A stretch of DNA of 64,000 nucleotides from contig JAAEYY010000009.1 in NCBI GenBank assembly GCA_018223105.1, positions 6,827 through 70,826 on the forward strand, given 5' to 3'. The DNA is from a bacterium (GTDB lineage: Bacteria; Bacteroidota; Bacteroidia; NS11-12g; UBA9320). The position numbers and the translations under genes were made by a program. Shown here one piece after another: positions 40,062 to 49,300 of the stretch. The notes under the pieces were generated by a model. That model saw only the letters and a list, made by a program, of their open reading frames with translations, did no database searches and was not told the DNA's origin. Each line of letters begins with the position of its first letter. Position 1 is the stretch's first letter.

Positions 40062-40819
40062 TTTAAGTTTACTTGATCTTTGAGAAAAGGAATTGATTTT
40101 CGTACCTCTTCCAAATCCGATTTATGCAGAACCACAGACTTTACTGTATCACCGGTAAAGTGTAGCATGCTTTTGCCTGAGGCGCTTAAAGCCTGACTAT
40201 GACCCGGATAATGCACTCCAAAGGGGTCTACTCCTACTCTATTTACCGCTACAATAAAAGCTTGGTTTTCTATGGCACGAGCCTCGAGCAGAGCTTCCCA
40301 ATGGTTGATTCTCATATTAGGCCAGTTCGCCACAACTAAAAGTACGTCGTAGTTTTCGCGATTATAAGAAACATAGGGAAAACGCAGGTCGTAGCAGATA
40401 ATAGGTTTGATTTTGAATCCTTTATAGTCAAAAGTTCCGATCTTATTTCCCGGAGTAAAGTGTTGATCCTCTGAGCTCAAAGCAAAGAGGTGTATTTTAT
40501 CATATCTAAATAAAATCTCATCCCCTTCTACCAAAATAAAACGGTTTACAATCTTATCTCCGTCTTTAATCATAACAGAAGCACATACACCCGCATTGTA
40601 CTGAGCGGAGATTTGTTTCATAAATTGAACTGCAGCACCGTTCTCCGTTTCTGCCATTTGAGGTTCCTTTATACAGAAACCGGTATTGAACATCTCCGGT
40701 AATACGATTAGATCAGAATGTTTGGCTTCTTTTAGATGAGCTTCAATTCTAGAAAAATTCTTCTCGGGTTCCATCCAATGGATATTGAGTTGAACTAGAG
40801 AAACGGTTAAATCGGACAT
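40058..40819 (-). CDS. Carbon-nitrogen hydrolase family amidase (YafV-like omega-amidase)
   Basis: Catalytic E-K-C context: LPEMFNTGF, RYDKIHLF, ICYDLRFP. Confidence 0.85.
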   Translation of the reverse strand: MSDLTVSLVQLNIHWMEPEKNFSRIEAHLKEAKHSDLIVLPEMFNTGFCIKEPQMAETENGAAVQFMKQISAQYNAGVCASVMIKDGDKIVNRFILVEGDEILFRYDKIHLFALSSEDQHFTPGNKIGTFDYKGFKIKPIICYDLRFPYVSYNRENYDVLLVVANWPNMRINHWEALLEARAIENQAFIVAVNRVGVDPFGVHYPGHSQALSASGKSMLHFTGDTVKSVVLHKSDLEEVRKSIPFLKDQVNLN

Positions 40820-40962
40820 AAAGCAAATGTACGATTCAGAGCATTAGAATTCATAGTTCATCCGGTAATCAGTTTATTCATCTTAGATCTCACAAAGAAT
40901 AATTATCTAGTGACTTGATTATTACAATAGCATGCGCTCTCAGCAAGCACACCAAAACCATC

Positions 40963-41076
40963 ATTACCGATCGGTAATAATTTAACAAAGATTATTACAA
41001 AAGACCTATTTTTTTACCGTTCGGTAATTTACTGTGATAATTGCTATATTTGCACAACCACACTACCGATCGGTAA
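40963..41076. promoter_or_regulatory. Three copies of the palindrome TTACCGATCGGTAA (candidate HipB operators) flanking a TATATTTG -7 box
   Basis: ATTACCGATCGGTAAT at 40963-40978, TTACCGTTCGGTAA at 41014-41027 and TACCGATCGGTA at 41064-41075. The TATATTTG box sits at 41045-41052, and the hipB ATG at 41081. Confidence 0.6.
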
Positions 41077-41080
41077 ATTT

Positions 41081-41287
41081 ATGAAAACAAAAGAAATTGG
41101 TAAATTGATTAAACTGAGGAGAAAGTCACTAGGCTTAACTCAAGTTGAAGTTGCTTTTGCTTGTGGCCTCGGAGGACGATTCATTTCAGACCTAGAAAAT
41201 GGCAAAGAATCTTGCCAAGTGGGTAAAGTTCTGCTCGTTCTTGAGTCAATTGGTCTTGATATTAGAATTGATGAAAGAAAAGGTTAA
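41081..41287 (+). CDS. hipB: XRE-family HTH antitoxin (HipB-like)
   Basis: 68 aa. LRRKSLGLTQVEVAFACGLGGRFISDLENGK is an HTH_3 motif. It sits directly upstream of, and overlaps, the HipA kinase gene. Confidence 0.8.
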   Translation: MKTKEIGKLIKLRRKSLGLTQVEVAFACGLGGRFISDLENGKESCQVGKVLLVLESIGLDIRIDERKG

Positions 41288-42494
41288 AATATTCATTCAA
41301 GATAAGTACGCTGGCGATTTACAAGTTGACGAATACGGCACATTATGCTTTCAATACGATCAAGAATATCTTTCAAAAGGGGGTATGCCAATTTCAGAGT
41401 CAATGCCGTTAACCGCGGAAGAATATTATGGTGGAGTAGCACATGCCTTTTTTACAGGACTACTCCCAGAAGAAGAAATACTGTATTCAATCGCCAATGC
41501 AATTGGTACTTCAGCAAGTAATAACTTCAAGCTCTTGATTGAATTAGGAAAAGAGTGCATTGGTGCTATACAAGTTGGTGAGATTTTCGATGTAGAATCA
41601 AAAGACTATACTAAATTAAGCCTAACAGACTTTCAAGAAATAATAGCTAATCAAAATAACCTTTTACCTTTTCTATATAAGAACAAAAATGTACGACTTT
41701 CTATGGCAGGTGCTCAGTCAAAAGTGGGGCTCCTATATGAAGACGGGAACTACTTCCTCCCAAAGAATGGAGCACCAAGCAATGTAATTGTCAAACCTTC
41801 AAACCAGCGGTTTGATGATTTGATTTACAATGAATACGCGACTATGAAAATTGCCCATGGAGTGGGCATAGAAACGCCTCGATTGAAAATTATTTCAAGC
41901 ATAAGCCCCTGCGTTTACGTAATCCATCGCTATGACAGAATTACTATGAAAGGGGGAACAATAAAACGGGTTCATCAAGAGGATTTTTGTCAGGCCATAG
42001 GAATTCAAACAAGAAATAAATATGAAATAGACGGCGGGCCTGATTTTAAAACATGTATTGAGTTAATTAGAAATGCCTGTACTATTCCAGCTTTTGACCT
42101 TAAAAAATTCACCTCTCTTTTCCTTTTTAATTTCATTATTGGGAATAGAGATGCGCATGGCAAAAACTACTCCTTAATACGCGAAAAAAACAAGATTCAA
42201 CTTGCTCCTGCATATGACCTTGTCAGTACTTCATATTACGATACTTTAAACTCTGACATGTCAATGTCGATTAACGGAAAATTTGATGCCGGGGATGTTA
42301 CATTGAAGGATTTAAAAGACATGTCAATATCTGCGCAAATCAGCGCACCATTGCTCATTAAAGAATATCATAGAATGAAGGATGCTATCCTAAAACAGTC
42401 TAAAGATGTCCTCAAAGAAAAATGCTTTCCAGAGGTCTTCAAACAAAAGTTCGCTCGACATCTAGAAAGCACTATCAATAAACTTCCAGTTTAA
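41271..42494 (+). CDS. hipA: HipA-family serine/threonine kinase toxin
   Basis: SMAGAQSKVGL (HipA N-terminal/coupling motif) and IIGNRDAHGKNYSL...LAPAYDLVST (catalytic loop). ATG at 41271 is preferred over the in-frame ATG at 41199 that begins the tracked ORF, giving a 17-bp overlap with hipB. Confidence 0.88.
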   Translation: MKEKVKIFIQDKYAGDLQVDEYGTLCFQYDQEYLSKGGMPISESMPLTAEEYYGGVAHAFFTGLLPEEEILYSIANAIGTSASNNFKLLIELGKECIGAIQVGEIFDVESKDYTKLSLTDFQEIIANQNNLLPFLYKNKNVRLSMAGAQSKVGLLYEDGNYFLPKNGAPSNVIVKPSNQRFDDLIYNEYATMKIAHGVGIETPRLKIISSISPCVYVIHRYDRITMKGGTIKRVHQEDFCQAIGIQTRNKYEIDGGPDFKTCIELIRNACTIPAFDLKKFTSLFLFNFIIGNRDAHGKNYSLIREKNKIQLAPAYDLVSTSYYDTLNSDMSMSINGKFDAGDVTLKDLKDMSISAQISAPLLIKEYHRMKDAILKQSKDVLKEKCFPEVFKQKFARHLESTINKLPV

Positions 42495-42501
42495 AGCTCT
42501 A

Positions 42502-44307
42502 TTAAAGCTGATTCATTTGTCTGTTTACAAATGAACTCAACTCCTCGCCTTTGAGTAAGTTTTGCTCCAATTTAGCAAGGTCGATGGCATTGTGTAACCA
42601 CTCCCCTTTTGTATTCTCATCCAGTGAAAGTGCTTTTTTAGCCAGTGGATGATTGCTATTAATACTGATCACGTATTTCTCCGGCATAGCACCAAACATG
42701 GCCATTCCGCCCATTCCCTGCATTTCACTCATTCTACGTTCAAACTCTGAGCGAGTGATGCTTAAGAAATGATCTTCAGGTGAAAGCACATTGGTCTGAA
42801 CTTCAAACTTTTCTGTGTTAACTTCACCTTCAAACAAGGTTTTTAGCTGATTTACTTCATCCTCTGATAAGACAGACTCATTCTTTTCATCTTTGTCAAT
42901 AAGCTTGTCTAAAGTATCAGCATCTACTCTTTTGAGCATGACATTCTCAAGCTTAGATTCCAACATAGAAATAAAATGATTATCTATGATCTCGTCTAAT
43001 ACAAGTACATCATATCCCTTGCTCTTGGCCTTATTGATATAGCTAAACTGTGCTTCCTTATCTGTTGTATAAAGCGCAATCACCTTATCGTCTTTGTCTG
43101 TTTGAGTAGGAGCAATTTGATCCTTGTATTCATTCAATAAAGTGTACTGATCTTCAGTATTCTTCAGTAAACAAAACTTCTGCGCACGATCGTAGAACTT
43201 ATCATCGCTAATCATTCCGTACTTCACGAAAAGACTCATATTGTTCCATTTTGTTTTGAAGTCTTCAAAGTCGTTTTTATAAATCTCGTAAAGTTTATCA
43301 CTTACCTTTTTAGAGATGTGGCTGGTGATCTTTTTAACATTGGTATCAGCCTGCAAACTCGATCTTGATACGTTCAAAGGAATATCCGGACTGTCAATCA
43401 CACCGTGCAAAAGCATGAGGTATTCAGGTACAATATCCTCAACATTCTCCGTAACAAAAACTTGATTACTGTAAAGTTGAATCTTATTTCTATTCGGGTC
43501 GATTTCCTTCTTGATCTTTGGAAAATAAAGCACCCCGGTTAGATTGAAGGGATAATCAACGTTGAGATGTATCCAGAATAATGGTGGCTCCGACATAGGA
43601 TAAAGCTCTGAATAGAATTCAGTATAATCTTCATCTTTTAGGTCTGCAGGATTCTTTTTCCAAAGAGGCGAAGTGTTGTTGATGGTTTTACCATCAAATT
43701 CGATTTCAATAGGCAGGAATTTACAATATTTTGTAAGAAGGCTTGATATCTTATACTTTTCTCCAAATTCTGCACTCTCTTCGTTTATGTGTAGAATGAT
43801 ATCTGTACCTCTTGTTTTTCTTTTACCTCTGGTGATCTTAAAGTCTGTGCTTCCTTCACAAACCCAATGTGCAGGTTTTGCATCTTCTTTATAGCTAAGT
43901 GAATCGATTTCAACTTTGTCTGCAACCATGAAGGAAGAGTAGAAACCGAGTCCAAAATGCCCGATGATATTGGCGTTTTCCTTATCTTCTTTAAATTTCT
44001 CTACGAATTCCTCTGCACCACTGAAAGCAATCTGATTGATGTATTTATCAATCTCTTCTTCGGTCATTCCAATACCGTTGTCGCTAATGGTTAAGGTTTT
44101 TGCTTTCTCATCTAGGCTTACCGTGATTTTCAAATCACCGATATCTCCGGTTGCTTCGCCTCTACTGGCTAAAAGTCTAAGTTTCTGACTGGCATCAACT
44201 GCGTTTGAAATTAGCTCTCTAAGAAAGATCTCATTATCCGTATAGAGGAATTTCTTGATAATGGGAAAGATGTTTTCTGTATTTACCGATACTTTTCCTT
44301 TTTGCAT
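42502..44307 (-). CDS. htpG: Molecular chaperone HtpG (Hsp90)
   Basis: FLRELISNAVDA, ISDNGIGMT and IGHFGLGFYSSFMVA are GHKL ATPase motifs of Hsp90. Full length, 601 aa. Confidence 0.95.
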   Translation of the reverse strand: MQKGKVSVNTENIFPIIKKFLYTDNEIFLRELISNAVDASQKLRLLASRGEATGDIGDLKITVSLDEKAKTLTISDNGIGMTEEEIDKYINQIAFSGAEEFVEKFKEDKENANIIGHFGLGFYSSFMVADKVEIDSLSYKEDAKPAHWVCEGSTDFKITRGKRKTRGTDIILHINEESAEFGEKYKISSLLTKYCKFLPIEIEFDGKTINNTSPLWKKNPADLKDEDYTEFYSELYPMSEPPLFWIHLNVDYPFNLTGVLYFPKIKKEIDPNRNKIQLYSNQVFVTENVEDIVPEYLMLLHGVIDSPDIPLNVSRSSLQADTNVKKITSHISKKVSDKLYEIYKNDFEDFKTKWNNMSLFVKYGMISDDKFYDRAQKFCLLKNTEDQYTLLNEYKDQIAPTQTDKDDKVIALYTTDKEAQFSYINKAKSKGYDVLVLDEIIDNHFISMLESKLENVMLKRVDADTLDKLIDKDEKNESVLSEDEVNQLKTLFEGEVNTEKFEVQTNVLSPEDHFLSITRSEFERRMSEMQGMGGMAMFGAMPEKYVISINSNHPLAKKALSLDENTKGEWLHNAIDLAKLEQNLLKGEELSSFVNRQMNQL

Positions 44308-44373
44308 AGTATTCTTTTTTACAAGCCATGCTTCAAAAAAAATACCAGTGAAGAAAACTGACGACTTGTCAGA

Positions 44374-46329
44374 TTAATCCGGCTTATATTGGATTTCTAA
44401 GGAATCACTTTCATTCCATACAGCGTCATAAGCCCTTATTCTGTAGTTTTGAGCAGATTTAGAAGATGCATGTCGGTCTAGGAAAGTAGTGCCATCTCCT
44501 TGAAGGTCCTTGATCAATTGCCAAGATCCATCTTCATTCTGCCGCTCAATAAGAAAACCCCTAAGATCCTTGTTGAATTCATATTCCCAAGAAATGTAAA
44601 TACCTCGAGCGCTATCTATTGCATGGCCATTTGTTGGCAAAAGCATCCCATTGGGTGAATTCAATGTAAACTCAAAGATGTTTGAAGGCTCGCTTTCATT
44701 CCCGTCGAGATCGACAGCCGTGATGTAAACCTGAACTTTTCCTTCAGCATCAATGGTGTCTCTATAAATATTTCTACTCCATTTTGTAATCTCTGGGCTC
44801 TCACTTTCCGGCGTTTTGATGTATACATTGTAATGACTAAAATCCTCCTCAAAATTTTGAGTCCATCTTAGTCGGATAACTTGGTCCTCAGAATTCGAAT
44901 AAGTAAAAATTGGTTTTTCAGGTGGAATATCATCAGGTCTTCTCAGTCTTATTTCCTCAGATGCTTCAGAGCGATTATAGGCTTGATCCACAGCGTAAAC
45001 AACATAGCGATATGCACGTTGGGAACGATTACCCAAGTCATCCTCAAACTCGGTTTTAAGTATCCTTTTAGCGCTTAATTGATGGTTGTTTGTTCCTGAA
45101 TCGCCTGTGTATCTCGACACATCGTAGCCCAAAATATCAGGTTCTGTATTTGCATCCCATCTCAATTTAACCTTTCCATTATCGTCCACTTCACCTGTTA
45201 AATTCATTGGAGGAGCCGGTGGAGTTTGATCCGGAATCATATAAGCCAATGTGTCGGAACAAAGCTCGAACTCACCGCTCTCTTTGTTGAGTAAGAAGTA
45301 ATAATACATTACACCCTCATCTACATTTCTATCGACAAACTTATCCTCAGTAAAATCGATTCTTTCAGAAATTGGATGTACCTGAGTAAAACCTGAATTC
45401 CTTTTAGTACTTCGATACACAGCAACGTTCAAGCTATCATTTCTTCTCTTTAAATAAATATCACCATATTTATCTTCAAGACTTAAAATAGAAGGACACT
45501 CCCTTGAAATTCTGGCTTTAGGGATTACTTTTTTAATAATACTTCTCTCCCCAACAATACCAAAGGCATTGAATGCCCTAATGAAATAATAATAGGTCTT
45601 CTCATTTTCAAGATACTGATCCAAATAAATAGCGCTATCGCTGCTTGCTGACATGTCAATTTTACCTACGGCATTAAGTAGCTCAAAAGGCCCGGAAAGA
45701 CTTGTAGATCGATACACTTTCATTCCCATAACATAATGATCTTGAACTGTGCTTTTGCTCCATTTTAAGATCGACTTTTGATCGCCAGGGTTCAAACTAT
45801 ATTCTGGAATTGCCAATTCTTGTTTGACCGGAATATTCATATCCGATTCTAGATATGAACTTGCAGTGCCGGAAACAACAGTCTTTATCCTAATCTTATA
45901 TTTTCCTGCTTGAACTTTGCTAGGAGTAGTAAATACGGTAGCCAATGCCTCAGCAAACTCAATATTCACCATGCTCAATGCATTACATAACTGGAAGGAT
46001 TGATTATTTGTAACCCAGTCATTGTACTTCGAAGCTGTAAAATCGGCGTTTAGATCTTCCACCCCCACCATACTTAAGAATAATTCATGTTTCGGTCCTA
46101 AAGTTTCAGATAGTTCAGAAGATGAGGTGACGCGCTCAACCCGTCCTAGTTCAGACCATTCCGAACCATTTTGCCACTCGACTACATACCCTTCAAGGTT
46201 CATGGCTGTTGACGCTTTCCACCTGAAAATGACATTCTCACCTGTATTGAATGCAATAATATCCTGAGCTAGTCCAAATGTTGAAATAAAACATGTCAGT
46301 ATCAGCAATATGGATTTCAAACTCTTCAT
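44374..46329 (-). CDS. Secreted multi-FN3-like repeat protein, third gene of the giant-protein operon
   Basis: Signal peptide ILLILTCFISTFGLAQ. About six modules show FN3-like signatures (GY.V.R, YYYF, YRYVVYAVDQAYNRSE, VYITAVDLDGNESEPS, YRIRAYDAVWNESD). ATGA overlap with the upstream gene. No T9SS sorting domain. Confidence 0.7.
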   Translation of the reverse strand: MKSLKSILLILTCFISTFGLAQDIIAFNTGENVIFRWKASTAMNLEGYVVEWQNGSEWSELGRVERVTSSSELSETLGPKHELFLSMVGVEDLNADFTASKYNDWVTNNQSFQLCNALSMVNIEFAEALATVFTTPSKVQAGKYKIRIKTVVSGTASSYLESDMNIPVKQELAIPEYSLNPGDQKSILKWSKSTVQDHYVMGMKVYRSTSLSGPFELLNAVGKIDMSASSDSAIYLDQYLENEKTYYYFIRAFNAFGIVGERSIIKKVIPKARISRECPSILSLEDKYGDIYLKRRNDSLNVAVYRSTKRNSGFTQVHPISERIDFTEDKFVDRNVDEGVMYYYFLLNKESGEFELCSDTLAYMIPDQTPPAPPMNLTGEVDDNGKVKLRWDANTEPDILGYDVSRYTGDSGTNNHQLSAKRILKTEFEDDLGNRSQRAYRYVVYAVDQAYNRSEASEEIRLRRPDDIPPEKPIFTYSNSEDQVIRLRWTQNFEEDFSHYNVYIKTPESESPEITKWSRNIYRDTIDAEGKVQVYITAVDLDGNESEPSNIFEFTLNSPNGMLLPTNGHAIDSARGIYISWEYEFNKDLRGFLIERQNEDGSWQLIKDLQGDGTTFLDRHASSKSAQNYRIRAYDAVWNESDSLEIQYKPD

Positions 46330-49300
46330 ATGTTGGCTGTATAGTCTATTTCAAATTCAGCATTGTCTTCATACCACAGTACTTTATAACTCATGCTTGA
46401 GGTGCCACTAATACTGATTTGGCTGGGAGTAATTTTAATTTCCGCATCACTAATGCTGACACTTCCCGACAACAAATCAAAACTGCGGTCAAATGCCTCT
46501 GCATTAACATCCCATGTTCCGGCAAGTGCAGGATTTGCAGTTCCGGTTTTAGTCTTATAAACGTATTTCAATTGCAATGAAGCTTCTAAGTCGAAAGAGG
46601 CATTTAAGCTCCCAAAGCCTAAAGTTAGGGACTTGTTTACATCGTAATACAGTCGACCCCGCATATCTACATCAGTTTCGGAAATTGTAAGACTTGCGTC
46701 TGCTTTAACCACTTGAATAAGAGCTGCTTCAATCTGCTCGGTCCACACAAGTCGTCCACTATTTGCAGGATAGGAGAAATTTATTCTTCCCCTTGCTAAG
46801 AATAAAGCGCCTTCCGCATTAGGCAGACCTATAAATGCTCCAATATAACCATCTACTTGAGCACTAGTAGACAGATTACGAATATTGATTTGTCCTTCAC
46901 CATAGATAGATTCTTCCTGGCTCAATGCCCATGCTTTACCATACAAACTGAAGTTTCCTGCAACATATGTCATTTCCATTCTACCTTCTAAAACTTCACC
47001 GGAAGGCGAATTACCAACTCCCACAATGGCTTTAATAGCAAAGCCGCCATCTCGCAATGGTGCTCCCTCTTGATTGCCTATCGGCGGACTGTAATTATAG
47101 CCCAATCCCCCTCCTAGTTCTAGGATAGAAAATCCGGTTGTACCAATAATGATTGGAAATCTTGCACTTAGTTCCGTGTACCAATACATATAGGATTCTT
47201 CAACAGAAATAGGTTGAGAGCCAACAATCACATAGCCTTCAAGTCCTTTATCAAACTTCTTGATATTGATCCCAAACTCTCCTTCAAAAACAGATTCGGC
47301 ATATGTGAATTCTCCTTTAAAACTTACAGGGCCTTTATCAAACTCAATCCCCAATTTATCAAAAGTGAGAGTCGGACCAGATTTTACGGTGGCAATGGCA
47401 TCTAGCGCAACTATACCTTTAAAATCTACCTTGCCATCAAATTTTAAACTGTAATCATTTCGATCTTTGAACTTAAAGCCCAACTCCCTCAGATTCATTG
47501 TAAAACCTGAACCAATTTCAATGTCCTTCTCTACAGTAATACTTTCGGTTTCTACCTCACCCTTGGAATTCATTTTAAATCCTGTTATGGCAATATCACC
47601 AAACTTCGTTGAATTAATAAGAGCACTTAGAACCAGTGTCCCCACTTCTTTTTCTCCATCATAATCAATTGCGGCTTCTCTTAAGACAAACGTTGTTCTA
47701 AACTGTGGAAGTTGAATAGGTTTATCTGTGCTTACACTGGCCGCAAACTTATTCGTTGCTGCAGTTATTTTCACTCCAACTTCTCCTTCCATTGGAGAGG
47801 GTAATGTTACATCTCCAGCAAATGTTCCTTCCTTCAACTCATTTCGTTCAAATTTAACTGCCACTTCTTTCAACTTCAGTTCATAACCGGAATATCCCAT
47901 AGCCAGTAATTGTCCTTTCATAGAAATGGCACCTCCAAAGCCTTCCTTTGCTATATAAAAATCCTCTACACTTAGAGTAGAAGCCTCATCTACTTCCGGT
48001 CTGTTGAATGATTTCGGTAGCTCAAGCTCTGCAGATTGTATCACTACTCCATAAAAAGCCTTATCATAAGGAATTACATCTTTCGATCGATCTGAGTGCA
48101 TATCGATAACTACGCTGGCACCTTTTTTCAGTTTAAAGTCTTTCACCTCAATCTCCGGCAGATTGGAAATCTTGCCTAAAAAGTTTCCTGCAGGATCGAT
48201 TTCTGCCTCAAATGATACCGGATCCGGAATTTTATCATGCTTAACTGTTCCTTTGATCACTGCACCAGAATTAGCAGTAATTCCAAAACTTTGAATCAGA
48301 AAATCAAAACTGCTAAATACCCTAAACTTCTTACCCTGTTCGCTTTTATAAGAAACTGTTCCTGCTGTGGCAAGAGGCATTTCATCTTCATTTAACTCAA
48401 CACCTTCAATGGTTAACTCTAATTTCTTCAAGACATTGAGTACTTCTAAGTCTGAACTTAAGCCTTCAATACTTAAAGTTCCTGTACCATTGATAGCTTC
48501 ACCAGGACTTGCATCATCCTTAAGCTCTATAACAAATAAATTATCAGAGCTCCCTATTTTAAACTGCTTAATTTTCTTCGTGCTCGCATTACCATCTACT
48601 TTATAATCACGAGCAATATCTTCATACTTTTCAGGGACTTTAGAGCTCACTGTAAAATCTTCTTCCTCCGGTGCATCCTTAATGGCGCAATAAGCGATCC
48701 CAAAGTCAGCTGTCTTTTCTTTCTCAGGCTCTGTTGAGACCGGAGATTCAGCCTCAAAACTGAGTTCTATTTGATTGGCAGGACTGTGATCCAAGTTCTG
48801 AGTTCCAAAAATCATCCATTGCTCGAGGTCCTCTCCTGTCAATTTAGCCACAGCAGCATCGATAGCTGCATTGCCTGATACAATCATTTTACGCGCTTCA
48901 TCCAAGGCTTCCTTACTCAGTTGATATGCCAAAATTTGAAATTGGTGTTTTAAAGGACTTTCTGCTTCTATTTTCTCTTCTTGAATCACCTTTCCTCCTC
49001 GCTTCCACTGCACTACAATTTCAAACTTCCCATAGCCCTTCCCATAGTGGAAAAAGGTCTCTTCTAAATACCCCCCTTCAATCGTTTGCTTATCTACCGA
49101 AGTGCTAGCTCCATCAAAGCCAAATTCCGTAGCATCACCATAAGTCTTGGTTACTTCAAGATGAATCGTTTCTCCTTTTAAACCACTGTGATCTCCTTGT
49201 ACAATTCTGGAAACTATTTTCGATTTCCCTTCCGGAGAACCTTCGATTGAATCAGTGGTTTCAATCATCACCCCTGCAGTTATTTCAAATTCTCCTTTCC

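Noticed and set aside
41199-41270. Longer HipA start at 41199
   Set aside because: The extra 24 codons lie inside hipB in another frame and encode a hydrophobic, non-HipA-like peptide. The ATG at 41271 gives the typical MK...IF N-terminus and a short overlap.
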